Shown here: positions 20,005 to 30,206 of the stretch, in pieces
Numbering within the stretch: position 1 is the stretch's first letter
Layout of the letters: every line of letters starts with the position of its first letter
Assembly: GCA_041556555.1 (NCBI GenBank)
Contig: JBFFIE010000004.1
Location: forward strand, 14,363-78,362
Length of the DNA: 64,000 bases
Origin: Gammaproteobacteria bacterium
GTDB lineage: Bacteria > Pseudomonadota > Gammaproteobacteria > Eutrophobiales > Eutrophobiaceae
Direction: 5' to 3'
Notes under the pieces: generated by a model
What the model saw: only the letters and a program-made list of their open reading frames with translations
Databases searched by the model: none
Told to the model about the DNA's origin: nothing
Made by a program: the position numbers and the translations under genes

Positions 20005-22689
20005 ATGAATAAAGAATCAGGGCAGCTGCTGGACCAGGGGTATTGTCTCCTCACGCCTACCACCCGTTTAAGCCGTGCATTGCAACACCAGTATGCATTG
20101 GAACAGGCCGAACAGGGCAGATTGGCATGGCAGACACCGGATATCCTGCCTTGGCAGGGCTGGCTGCAACGCTGCTGGAAGGAATTCGTTTTTACCCGGC
20201 AACTCGACCGGGTCCTGCTGTCAACACCCCAGCAGCTCTATCTCTGGTCAGACATTATCAACCGCTCTTCCTATGCCAGGCGACTGCTCAATCGGAGTCA
20301 AACGGCCCGCCTGGCCATGCAAGCCTGGCAGTTATGCCATGAGTGGCTGATCCCCGTATTTCCGGAAAGAGTCTATGTCCATGATGACGCCCATGCTTTT
20401 CGGCTCTGGTCAGAGGAGTACCGGAAAATTTGTGAACAGCGGGACTGGGTTGACCAGGCTGGATTGGCAACACTGCTCTCGACGCAGAGTGAATTCATTC
20501 CAGGTCCCGAGAAACTGGCACTGGTCGGTTTCGATCAACTCACCCCGCAACAACGCCAACTCTTGCAGCGACTGGCTGACCAGGGCTGTGAGATTCGTGA
20601 AGTTTCGCTTGAACAAAGCAATATCGAGCCCCGGGCATTTGCTTTCCGTGACAACCGGACCGAGCTGTATACCGCGGCCAGCTGGGCCCGGACCAGGCTC
20701 GAGGAAAACCCGGGGCAGCGTATTGGTATAGTTGTAAATAACCTCGCCAGCCTGGCGCATGAAATTAAAAACGTATTTGAGGATGTCCTGCACCCCGGCG
20801 CCATTCTCGATAACGCCAGCATGCAATCCTACTGTTTCAGTGTTTCCCTGGGACGTCCCTTGTCCGCTTTCCCGATGATAGTCCAAGCATTGCAGCTACT
20901 ATCCCTGGGCAGGCGTTCACTTGAACTGGAGGAATTCAGCAGGCTGTTACGCTCACCTTTCATAAAGGCCTCGATGCAGGAAGGCCAGTGCCGGGCAAAA
21001 TTTGATGCAGCCATCCGCAAGTCCTGTGAGGCATACGTGTCCCGTCAACAGCTACAAACTTTAATTGAAAGAGGGAAGTTAAGCCCGGATATCGTGCCAG
21101 CAATCTTTATGGAGACCTACCTTGCCTGTGGTCGTCTGTTTGCCAACACTGACTCGCGGCAAAGTCCCTCAAGATGGGTGCAGTTCTTTACGCAAATACT
21201 GGAGCTGTTCGCCTGGCCAGGAGAACGGACGCTTAACAGTGATGAATACCAGACCCTGCTTGAGTGGCAAGCAACGCTGGATAATCTGGCCAGGCTGGAT
21301 CTCGTCACTAAGGATATGACTTACCAGGACGCTCTGGGCCAATTGCGAAGCTTACTGGCCAGCGAGCGATTCCAGCCCGAGACCCGGGAGGCCTCCATAC
21401 AGATACTGGGTACCAATGGTGCGGCCGGCATGCAGTTCGACCATCTCTGGATCATGAACCTGCATGACAATGCCTGGCCCAGCCAGGAAGAACCCAATGC
21501 GTTTATCCCGATAGCATTACAGAGGGACGCAGGCCTGCCCGCAGCTTCGCCCGGTAATCTTCTGGTTCACGCCAGTATGTTACTGAAACGGTTAATCTCT
21601 TCGTCGCCCGAGGTTGTTTTAAGTTACCCGGAGATGGAAAAAGATCAGGTCTATCAACCCAGTGCCCTGATTCGGCAATATCTGTCCGGGACATCGCCTG
21701 ACATACCTGTTTTCAAATCCTATGCCAATCACTTGCTTGGCAGCAAAAGCATTGAAACATTTCCGGATGATCAGACACGGGCCATTCCTGAGGGTGTCAG
21801 GGTGAGTGGTGGAACTGCTCTTTTCAAGGATCAGGCAGCCTGTCCTTTCCGCGCATTTGCACGCCACCGACTGGCGGCGGAAGGTCTCAAGTCTCCTGAT
21901 ATCGGGCTGGATGCCTTGGAACGCGGCTCAATCGCACATGCTGTTGTTGAACAATTCTGGGGAGAGACCGGCAGCCTGGAAAACCTTCTGCAATTGACCG
22001 CTACACAACTTGAACAAGTGGTCGATGCTGTGGTGAAGCGGACAGTTAAACGTTACCAACAACAGTTGCCGTTTACGTTTACCGATCGCTTTACCGACAT
22101 TGAATGTAATCGCCTAAAGCTTCTGCTGGTAGAACTGGCTGAACTCGAAAAGAAGAGGCAAGCGTTTACCGTTAGTGAATGTGAGCTGAAACATACATTC
22201 GTGATCAATGATATCGAAATCAACACGCGTATTGACCGGATCGATCAATTAAAGGACGGACGTCTGGTTGTTATCGATTACAAGACAGGTTCTATTGTAC
22301 CTAATGCCTCTGCCTGGCTGGGTGAACGCCCGGATGAACCGCAGTTGCCCCTGTATGCAATAAACAGCGAAGGAGATGTTGCCGCGGTTGCATTTGTCAA
22401 ATTACGCAGAGGTGAGGTCAAGTTCAGTGGCCTGTCAGATGGTGAGGACGTGCTGCCAGGTATAAAAAGCATCAACGCATCGAAGCTGGCCAGGGAATCG
22501 GTGAAGGATTGGCCTGACCTGCTGATTCAATGGCAGACAATGCTGGATTCGCTGGCCAGTGACTTTCGCCATGGTATAGCCAGAGTCGATCCCAAGGACA
22601 AAACAACCTGCACCTGGTGTGATCTGCATTCATTTTGTCGTATTTATGAAAAACAGAAAGATTTGATAACAGACGGGGAAAAGGAATGA
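20005..22689 (+). CDS. addB: AddB-type PD-(D/E)XK nuclease subunit with Fe-S staple
   Basis: 894 aa; C-terminal RecB-like nuclease motif (VVIDYKTGS) bracketed by Cys (C...CTWCDLHSFC) as in AddB iron-sulfur nuclease domain; overlaps downstream helicase gene by 4 nt. Confidence 0.7.
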   Translation: MNKESGQLLDQGYCLLTPTTRLSRALQHQYALEQAEQGRLAWQTPDILPWQGWLQRCWKEFVFTRQLDRVLLSTPQQLYLWSDIINRSSYARRLLNRSQTARLAMQAWQLCHEWLIPVFPERVYVHDDAHAFRLWSEEYRKICEQRDWVDQAGLATLLSTQSEFIPGPEKLALVGFDQLTPQQRQLLQRLADQGCEIREVSLEQSNIEPRAFAFRDNRTELYTAASWARTRLEENPGQRIGIVVNNLASLAHEIKNVFEDVLHPGAILDNASMQSYCFSVSLGRPLSAFPMIVQALQLLSLGRRSLELEEFSRLLRSPFIKASMQEGQCRAKFDAAIRKSCEAYVSRQQLQTLIERGKLSPDIVPAIFMETYLACGRLFANTDSRQSPSRWVQFFTQILELFAWPGERTLNSDEYQTLLEWQATLDNLARLDLVTKDMTYQDALGQLRSLLASERFQPETREASIQILGTNGAAGMQFDHLWIMNLHDNAWPSQEEPNAFIPIALQRDAGLPAASPGNLLVHASMLLKRLISSSPEVVLSYPEMEKDQVYQPSALIRQYLSGTSPDIPVFKSYANHLLGSKSIETFPDDQTRAIPEGVRVSGGTALFKDQAACPFRAFARHRLAAEGLKSPDIGLDALERGSIAHAVVEQFWGETGSLENLLQLTATQLEQVVDAVVKRTVKRYQQQLPFTFTDRFTDIECNRLKLLLVELAELEKKRQAFTVSECELKHTFVINDIEINTRIDRIDQLKDGRLVVIDYKTGSIVPNASAWLGERPDEPQLPLYAINSEGDVAAVAFVKLRRGEVKFSGLSDGEDVLPGIKSINASKLARESVKDWPDLLIQWQTMLDSLASDFRHGIARVDPKDKTTCTWCDLHSFCRIYEKQKDLITDGEKE

Positions 22690-25600
22690 ACCACAAGGTT
22701 TTTGATTATCCTGAAAGACAAAAGGCATTGTCCTTGGAGTCGTCTTTTATCGTGCAGGCACCGGCCGGCTCGGGAAAAACCGAGTTGTTGATCCAGCGCT
22801 ATCTACGATTGCTTGCAATGGTTGAATCACCTGAAGAAATCATTGCCATCACTTTTACCCGCAAGGCTTCAGCGGAGATGCGATCCAGGATCATCAAGGC
22901 ATTGCACCAGGCGAGGACAGGTGTACAGCCGGAAGACGACGCCACGCGACTGACTCATGAAATGGCAATTAGCGTACTCGCCCGCGACAAGGATCTGGAC
23001 TGGCAACTGGAGAATAACCCCGGTCGTCTGCGGATCCAGACCATTGACTCCTTGTGTGCCTGGTTAACACGACAGATGCCCTTGCTGTCCGGGCTCGGTG
23101 CGCAACCGGAATTACTCGAAAATGCCACGGAAATCTATCACCAGGCCGCAGCCAATACTCTTGCAGATCTGGAGAGCGGGGAACACTGGTCTGAAGCTGT
23201 CGCCAGGTTACTTTCGCATCTGGACAATGATCTGCCCAGAGTTAAAGCCATGATCGCAACATTGCTGCAAAGACGGGACCAGTGGTTACGCCATATTGGC
23301 AGGGAAATTGATCGGCAGGAACTGGAAACCGCCTTTCAACATGCCGTTGCTTCGACACTGGAAAATATTGCTGCCCGGTTTCCGCAGGTGTACCAGAATG
23401 AAATGTTGCAATACCTGCGTTACGCGGCGAGCAATCTATATGCCGACAAGCCGGAATCAGCCATCGCTCGATTCCGTGATATTACTCAGTTCCCCGGCAG
23501 CACGGCAACAGACCTGCCAGTCTGGCGGGCTATTGCCAGTTTATGTCTGACTGGAGCGAATCAATGGCGCAAGCGCGTCGACAAGACGATCGGTTTTCCG
23601 AAACCTGAAGCTGACTTAGCTGAAACCGAGACTCGTAAACAGATGAAAGACGGGTTCCAGAGTTTGTTGTCACGGCTATCCGGTGACGAGTCACTGACTG
23701 AGGGACTGGTTGAGATCCACTTGTTGCCACCGATGCATTTTGCTGAAGATGAATGGCAAATCGTCAAGGCCCTGTGTGAGTTGTTACTCATGGCAGATAG
23801 CCACTTGCGAGTGTTGTTTGCAGAACGCAATCAAATAGATTTCAACGGCATCATGCTGGCCGCTATAGATGCCCTGGGCCAGGATGATAATCCGACGGAT
23901 CTGGCCTTGCGCCTGGATTACCGTATCAAACACCTGTTAATCGATGAATTTCAAGACGTCTCGAATAACCAGTACAAGCTGATTGAGAAACTGACGGCAG
24001 GTTGGTACCCCGGTGACGGACATACCCTGTTTCTGGTCGGCGATCCAATGCAGTCCATTTACCGTTTCCGCGAGGCTGAGGTTGGGCTTTTTATTAATAC
24101 CTGGAAACAGAAACGGTTAGGTCAGATACCTCTTGACCCACTGAAAATCGAGGTCAATTTCCGTTCACAGGCGGGCATCGTTAATTGGGTTAACCGGGCC
24201 TTCGATGTAATTTTTCCGGATCTTGCTGACAGTTATCGTGGTTCTGTCAGTTATGAACCTGCGCAGGCTTTTCTTCCGGAGACAGGACATACTGCTGTCC
24301 AGGCACATGCAGTTCTGGATGAAATTGATGAAGCCAAACGTATTACTGCATTGATAAAAAACAGCCGGCAACAGGATCCGGATCGTTGTCTGGCCATCCT
24401 GGTTCGTAATCGCAGTCACTTGCTTGAGATCACGACTCATCTGAGAGCAAATAACCTGGCATACAAGGCTGTGGAGATCGAATCACTGGGTCACCGCCCC
24501 GAGATACAGGACCTGTTGGCACTGACCCGGGCACTGGATCATCCGGCAGATCGCATCGCCTGGTTTGCTGTCCTGAGGGCGCCCTGGTGCGGTATAACGC
24601 TGGATGATCTGTTGCTACTGGGAGAAAAAACGCAACTGACAATCTGGGAAGCCATTAATGCTGCCGATCGTATGAAAGGCCTGTCGGCAGATGGCAGGAA
24701 CAGGTTGGCCGTCATAGGTCCGAAATTGCAACATGCCCTTGAGCAACGATGTCGCAGAACATTACGACGATCCGTGGAGTCGTTGTGGATGAACCTCGGT
24801 GGTCCGGCCACGCTGGAGGATGATTCGGCGCTGGAAAACGTTGAAGTGTTTTTCGATCTGCTGGAAGACTTTGATGTTGGCGGTCGCCTGTCGGAGTCGA
24901 ATCAATTCATGGAACAGGTGGACAATCTATTTGCATTACCCGCTCATGTTGATGACCGTTTGCAAATCATGACCATACACAAGGCAAAAGGTCTTGAATT
25001 TGATGTGGTTATCCTGCCTGAATTACACCGCGGAAGCAGGAGCAATGAATCACAATTGCTATTATGGGCAGAATCTCCTCATGTCCAGCATCAGGACCTG
25101 TTACTGGCTCCGATAAAACCTGCCGGTTCCGATGATTCACCATTCTATGATTACCTGAATGAACTTGAAAAACAGAAACAGGATCATGAACTGGGTCGCC
25201 TGTTATATGTAGCCGCCACCCGGGCAAGACAGGAACTTCATCTTTTCGCAGCCATTCCGCTTGATTCAGATACAGGCGAGTATAAGCGACCCGGAAAAAA
25301 TTCGCTGCTAAAGCATCTCTGGCCGGTGCTTGAAGAGGAGTATAAAGCACTCGCTATTGCAACCAGTCAAAATTCACAAATCCAGATGAATCAGGACCAA
25401 CAGGCGATCAGCAGCGGCATGCACAGGTTCACATCAGACTGGAGATTATCGGATGCTCCTGCTGACATCAGCGTCCCCGTGTCCTTTGATTATTCTGCCA
25501 TGCCAGAGGTCATGCCGGAATATAAATGGGCGGGTGAAACCATCATGCACATCGGGAGTGTGGTACACCGGTTTCTGCAAATTATCGCAGAGGATGGAAT

Positions 25601-26072
25601 TGAACGCTGGACCCAGGACTATATAAAATCAGAATCAACTCGTTTCGAAACAAGTCTCAGACAACTCGGTGTTATTCAGCAAGACATAGACTGGGCCACA
25701 GATCAGGTCATTCGGGCGCTTGCGAGTACCATAGAAGATGAAACTGGACGGTGGATCCTGGACATGCGCCATGAACAGGCTGCCTGTGAACTACCTCTGA
25801 CCGGGATCATCGACAACCGGGTTGTGAATGTTATTCTTGATCGCACTTTCATTGACAGCGAAGATCAGCGCTGGATCATTGATTACAAGACCAGCCGTCA
25901 CGAAGGACCGGACATACAGGAGTTTCTCGATCAGGAAGAAGAACGTTATGCATCGCAACTTAAAAAATATGCCGTTCTGATGCAGGCTATGGAAAACAGG
26001 CCAGTCAAACTCGGGCTCTATTTCCCGTTGCTTGGTCAATGGCGTGAGATAAACATACATTCAGAAGCATGA
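22686..26072 (+). CDS. addA: AddA-type UvrD/Rep superfamily 1 helicase-nuclease
   Basis: 1128 aa; Walker A APAGSGKTE, UvrD helicase motifs (DEFQD, VGDPMQSIYRFREA, TIHKAKGLEFD, VAATRAR), C-terminal PD-(D/E)XK (IIDYKTSRH). Confidence 0.8.
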   Translation: MNHKVFDYPERQKALSLESSFIVQAPAGSGKTELLIQRYLRLLAMVESPEEIIAITFTRKASAEMRSRIIKALHQARTGVQPEDDATRLTHEMAISVLARDKDLDWQLENNPGRLRIQTIDSLCAWLTRQMPLLSGLGAQPELLENATEIYHQAAANTLADLESGEHWSEAVARLLSHLDNDLPRVKAMIATLLQRRDQWLRHIGREIDRQELETAFQHAVASTLENIAARFPQVYQNEMLQYLRYAASNLYADKPESAIARFRDITQFPGSTATDLPVWRAIASLCLTGANQWRKRVDKTIGFPKPEADLAETETRKQMKDGFQSLLSRLSGDESLTEGLVEIHLLPPMHFAEDEWQIVKALCELLLMADSHLRVLFAERNQIDFNGIMLAAIDALGQDDNPTDLALRLDYRIKHLLIDEFQDVSNNQYKLIEKLTAGWYPGDGHTLFLVGDPMQSIYRFREAEVGLFINTWKQKRLGQIPLDPLKIEVNFRSQAGIVNWVNRAFDVIFPDLADSYRGSVSYEPAQAFLPETGHTAVQAHAVLDEIDEAKRITALIKNSRQQDPDRCLAILVRNRSHLLEITTHLRANNLAYKAVEIESLGHRPEIQDLLALTRALDHPADRIAWFAVLRAPWCGITLDDLLLLGEKTQLTIWEAINAADRMKGLSADGRNRLAVIGPKLQHALEQRCRRTLRRSVESLWMNLGGPATLEDDSALENVEVFFDLLEDFDVGGRLSESNQFMEQVDNLFALPAHVDDRLQIMTIHKAKGLEFDVVILPELHRGSRSNESQLLLWAESPHVQHQDLLLAPIKPAGSDDSPFYDYLNELEKQKQDHELGRLLYVAATRARQELHLFAAIPLDSDTGEYKRPGKNSLLKHLWPVLEEEYKALAIATSQNSQIQMNQDQQAISSGMHRFTSDWRLSDAPADISVPVSFDYSAMPEVMPEYKWAGETIMHIGSVVHRFLQIIAEDGIERWTQDYIKSESTRFETSLRQLGVIQQDIDWATDQVIRALASTIEDETGRWILDMRHEQAACELPLTGIIDNRVVNVILDRTFIDSEDQRWIIDYKTSRHEGPDIQEFLDQEEERYASQLKKYAVLMQAMENRPVKLGLYFPLLGQWREINIHSEA

Positions 26073-26079
26073 TCACAGA

Positions 26080-26499
26080 ATGAGTACAACAACAACCATA
26101 CATGGCGTTATCCTCTGGTGCGTAGCAATTTTGCTGCTTGTAAGCGGCTATGTTCTCTCTGAGCAGCAGTTTCTTGATCAATTATGGTTATCACGTGCCG
26201 GTTGCCTGATTGTCATACTGGGCATCTGGTCCGGATTCGGTGGTCTCATCGAGGAAAGACTGACTCATCGTGCCATGAAATTTAAAAAACACATGGCTGA
26301 GCGCAGGATTCGCAGGGCATTCGGGGCTGACGAGGAACATATGAAAAAAGAACTGGACAGGATTCAGCATAATTATGATGAACGGCGAGTAAAAATGCGT
26401 GAAGAACTGGGAATTTCAGTTGGTTTAATCGAGGCCTCACTACTGGTTACCGGGTCCTTTTTTTGGGGATTTGGTGACCTGATAAAGTTTCTCTGGTAA
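26080..26499 (+). CDS. Hypothetical small membrane protein (3 TM)
   Basis: 139 aa, three hydrophobic helices separated by a charged helical segment; 7 bp after addA stop. Confidence 0.4.
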   Translation: MSTTTTIHGVILWCVAILLLVSGYVLSEQQFLDQLWLSRAGCLIVILGIWSGFGGLIEERLTHRAMKFKKHMAERRIRRAFGADEEHMKKELDRIQHNYDERRVKMREELGISVGLIEASLLVTGSFFWGFGDLIKFLW

Positions 26500-26506
26500 T
26501 AATCAT

Positions 26507-27270
26507 ATGAACTGGTATGACCTTCCAAAATATTATGATTTGTCCTTTTCCCATGACATGCGGGCAGAGCTGCAATTTCTCAAGCAGATATTTTCCGGCA
26601 AGGCAGCCGTCCACAAAAGATTACTCGAGCCGGCCTGTGGCACCGGCCGTCTGATTGTACCAATGGTCAAGGCAGGGTTTACATGTACCGGTTTTGATAC
26701 CAATCCTGCCGTTCTTGATTACCTAAAAAAAAACTGCAGCGTAATGCACTGAAGGCAGAAATCTTTAATGCGGATATGGCTGATTTTCGAATCAGCGGCA
26801 GCAGATGTGACGGTGCTTTTTGCACTGTAGATACGTTTCGTCACTTGCTGTCTGAAAGGCAGGCAATTCGACATTTACAATGTGTTGCCAGGGCACTCAG
26901 GAGAAACTCAGTTTATGTACTTGGACTGCATTTATTGCCTGAGCAGGGTTTTTCAGATGAGATAGTGCATTGGTCAGGGCGGCGGGGAAAATTAACCGTG
27001 AAGACGAGCATGCAGATGGTAGACTTGAACAGGAGGGCCCGTCGGGAAACTTTGAAAGTCGATCTTAAAATCAATAAAAATGGTAAACGCTACAACTTCC
27101 AGTCGGTATATTCACTGAGAACATATACACTGAACCAGTTTTATCGCTGCTTGATGCAGACCAATGCATTCAGGATCAAGGAAGTTTATGATCACAGTTA
27201 TGATACAGATTCACCTATTGATTTGACCGCAGCATCAGAAGATGTTGTATTCTTACTGCAAAAAAAATAG
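26507..27270 (+). pseudogene. Class I SAM-dependent methyltransferase, disrupted by frameshift in A9 homopolymer (26735-26743)
   Basis: ORFs 26507..26752 and 26776..27270 are halves of one MTase (LEPACGTGRL glycine-rich motif I in first, DGAFCTVDTFRHL motif in second); adding one A to the A9 run fuses them (..LDYLKKKLQRNALKAEIFNADMADF..). Confidence 0.7.
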
Positions 27271-27276
27271 GGTCCT

Positions 27277-27705
27277 ATGAAAAAACAGCTTAATTTCATG
27301 TTTTTTATCCTGGTTATCGTGATACTCGCCTGGCTGTTTTCACCATCAAAAACGACAAGGGATAAAATCTGGGTACTGAAGGGGATATCACTCGCCCAGC
27401 CCCACAAGGCTGCCATAGCTGAATATTATGAGCGTAACCAACGCTTTCCCGGTGCAGATGATCTGGAAGAAGACAGGATATTTGTGAATGTCGAGTATTC
27501 CCGGACGGCAGTTGATTCAATTGATGTGGGGAAAAAAGGACCAGGAGTAATCACTATTACCTACTCCACAGACAAGGTCGAAGGGGCGCCTGAAGCGCTC
27601 GATAACAAGCACGTTTTTCTCTCACCGTTCATAATCGAAAACAGGATAGAGTGGTCGTGTGATACAGATATGGTCTTGGAGATAACTCCGGTTGCCTGCC
27701 AGTAG
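27277..27705 (+). CDS. Type IV pilin-like protein with non-canonical N-terminus
   Basis: AQPHKAAIAEYYERNQRFP matches the conserved pilin alpha1-C segment (compare EGQKSAVTEYYLNHGKWP of PilE); C-terminal Cys pair (WSCDTDMVLEITPVAC) like pilin D-region; but leader MKKQLN/FMFFI lacks Gly(-1) and Glu5. Confidence 0.6.
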   Translation: MKKQLNFMFFILVIVILAWLFSPSKTTRDKIWVLKGISLAQPHKAAIAEYYERNQRFPGADDLEEDRIFVNVEYSRTAVDSIDVGKKGPGVITITYSTDKVEGAPEALDNKHVFLSPFIIENRIEWSCDTDMVLEITPVACQ

Positions 27706-27740
27706 TAAATTCTGATTCATAATTGTAATCGGGAACTCTT

Positions 27741-28646
27741 ATGCAATCATCACGAAAACTGGTTATCTATGCCGCCCTGGTGGGCAACACACTCATCGCA
27801 ATAACCAAGTTTGTCGCTGCTTATTTTACATCCAGTTCAGCCATGTTTTCCGAGGGGATTCATTCCCTGGTCGATACCGGAAACCAGGTCCTTCTCCTTT
27901 ATGGATTGAAGCGATCACAATTGCCGGCGAGTGAGCGGTTTCCCTTTGGTCATGGAAAGGAAATTTATTTCTGGAGTTTCGTAGTAGCTATTATGATCTT
28001 CGCAGTCGGTGCAGGAATCTCAATTTACGAGGGAGTTCACCGGTTATACGATCCTTCCCAAGTTGAAAATTTTTTAATCAACTATATTGTGCTCGGGCTT
28101 GCTATTATTTTTGAGGGCTTTGCCTGGTATTTTGCATTCAGGGAATTCAGCCGCAGCAGGGGCGAGTGGGGTTACTTCGAGGCGGTGCACAAGGGCAAGG
28201 ATCCTTCCATGTTTGTCGTATTGTTTGAAGATACCGCTGCAATAATGGGATTGCTCGTTGCTCTTGGTGCAAATATCCTTTCCCAACTGACAGGATTGTA
28301 TGTATTCGATGCCACAGCATCGATAATTATTGGTCTGATTCTTGCCGTCACTGCAGTTTGGCTGGCCTATGAAACAAAAAGTCTGTTAATCGGTGAGCGC
28401 GCCAATACCCATGTGGTGGATGGCATCAGGCAGTTGGCTACTGATTTTTCAAAGATTGATCATCTGAATGAAGTATTGACCATGCACATGGGCCCCGATT
28501 TTATACTGGTAAATATCAGTGTTGATTTTGTTGACCCTATAACGGGAGAAGAGATCGAGGCTACTGTCGCAAAGTTGGACAAAGCAATTAAAAACCGTTT
28601 CTCAAATGTTAAACGAATCTTTATAGAGGCCGAGTCGAGACACTGA
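27741..28646 (+). CDS. Cation diffusion facilitator (CDF) family metal efflux transporter
   Basis: 301 aa, six TM helices plus C-terminal cytoplasmic domain, CDF signature (SLVDTGNQ, HSLVD-like). Confidence 0.8.
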   Translation: MQSSRKLVIYAALVGNTLIAITKFVAAYFTSSSAMFSEGIHSLVDTGNQVLLLYGLKRSQLPASERFPFGHGKEIYFWSFVVAIMIFAVGAGISIYEGVHRLYDPSQVENFLINYIVLGLAIIFEGFAWYFAFREFSRSRGEWGYFEAVHKGKDPSMFVVLFEDTAAIMGLLVALGANILSQLTGLYVFDATASIIIGLILAVTAVWLAYETKSLLIGERANTHVVDGIRQLATDFSKIDHLNEVLTMHMGPDFILVNISVDFVDPITGEEIEATVAKLDKAIKNRFSNVKRIFIEAESRH

Positions 28647-28662
28647 TTTTACTCCATTGCGT

Positions 28663-29535
28663 TCACAATGTATTAAGCGCCTCCAATTCATTCTTGGCCA
28701 GTTCGATATTCATTGCATTCAGGCTGCTTGTAATACTGGTAACCTTGCTGGCGCCAGGTATGGGCAAAATATGATCACCACACGCCAGTAACCAGGCCAG
28801 CGCAATCTGGTATGGGGTAGCCTGGTGAGTATTGCCAAGTCTGTTTAAAATCCTGTTACTAGCCAGCTTGCCGTGATCAAAATGCCCTCCCACGGGACTG
28901 TGGGCTATAAAGCTGATTTCATTCTGATGACAAAATTCAACAACGCCGTTTGTGAAAGATTTCCGTTGCAGGATATTACAGCGATTTTGAACAGAAATAA
29001 TTGGCACGACATTCATGGCGGTTTCGATTTCTTCAACCGTCACATTGGAAAGTCCAACATGCCTGATCTTGCCTTCTTGCCTGAGCCTGGAGAGCTCTCC
29101 GACCGAGTCTGTCAGGGGAACTTCCGGGTCAGGGGCATGCAACTGGTAAAGGAAGATACTGTCCTGGCCCAGGTCTATCAGGCTCTGTTCGCATGATAGT
29201 CTGAGCCAATCAGGACTCGCATCGACTTCCCATCCTCCCCGGGGACGCCTCAGTCCTCCCTTGGTCGCAACGATGATCCGGTGTTTATCATGAAGATCTT
29301 TCAGGGCCTTGTTGATCAGGCGTTCGTTATGACCAACCTCCCTGTCATCGCGACAATACACATTTGCAGTATCAATAAAATTACCACCATGCTCAATAAA
29401 CGCCCTGATGACACGTATGGCATCGTGCTCATCAGGCCTGCCCGTAAGCGACAGTGGCATGGCGCCCAGGCCGATGGCTGTAACCTGCCGGCCACTGTTA
29501 CCAAGCCTGGTCTGTTTCAGCATCACCCGGATCAA
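28663..29535 (-). CDS. Aldo/keto reductase
   Basis: 290 aa AKR family (IGLGAMPLS, FIDTANVY, HVGLSN). Confidence 0.8.
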   Translation of the reverse strand: MIRVMLKQTRLGNSGRQVTAIGLGAMPLSLTGRPDEHDAIRVIRAFIEHGGNFIDTANVYCRDDREVGHNERLINKALKDLHDKHRIIVATKGGLRRPRGGWEVDASPDWLRLSCEQSLIDLGQDSIFLYQLHAPDPEVPLTDSVGELSRLRQEGKIRHVGLSNVTVEEIETAMNVVPIISVQNRCNILQRKSFTNGVVEFCHQNEISFIAHSPVGGHFDHGKLASNRILNRLGNTHQATPYQIALAWLLACGDHILPIPGASKVTSITSSLNAMNIELAKNELEALNTL

Positions 29536-29551
29536 TCACGGCTATTTGAAT

Positions 29552-30034
29552 CTAATGCTGATTATCACCCGCTCCATGAACATGGCCATGCTCAATCTCT
29601 TCTTCGGTAGCATCCCTGACATCGACAACTTCTACGTTGAAATTCAATTGCTTGCCCGCAAGCGGATGGTTTCCGTCGACAACAACATTATTTCCCTCAA
29701 TGGAGGTGATGGTAAGGATAAGTGGTTGACCCTGGGGTGACTGGGCCTGGAACTGCATACCGATCTTTAATTCCACATCCGGCGGGAACATATCCCGGGT
29801 AACAGTCTGAATATTTTCCAGTTGGCGCTCACCATAGGCATCTCCCGGTGAAATGCTGACGTCTACCTGGTCGCCTGCCTTTTTCCCTTCCATTACATTT
29901 TCCAGTCCTGGAATAATGCTTTGAGTACCATGTATATAGGCAAAATTACCATCTGTAGATTGATCAATGGTATTGCCCTGTTCATCTTTCAATACATAGT
30001 TAATGACAGCAACCTTGTGTTTAGTAACTTGCAT
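29552..30034 (-). CDS. slyD: FKBP-type peptidyl-prolyl cis-trans isomerase SlyD
   Basis: FKBP domain with IF insertion and His-rich C-terminal tail (HGHVHGAGDNQH). Confidence 0.85.
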   Translation of the reverse strand: MQVTKHKVAVINYVLKDEQGNTIDQSTDGNFAYIHGTQSIIPGLENVMEGKKAGDQVDVSISPGDAYGERQLENIQTVTRDMFPPDVELKIGMQFQAQSPQGQPLILTITSIEGNNVVVDGNHPLAGKQLNFNVEVVDVRDATEEEIEHGHVHGAGDNQH

Positions 30035-30206
30035 ATGTAATTCTCCAGTTTTCCGGAATGAATTTTGACCTGCTATTCAGATGATTATGTGATGTATATA
30101 AAGGACAGAATTGAATATGAACAGACAGTGTCAGTTTCAAGTGACTACTATGCGCTTGTCGGGATAATTATTCCACCCCTGCTGAATATCCGAAAATGTT
30201 ATGGAA

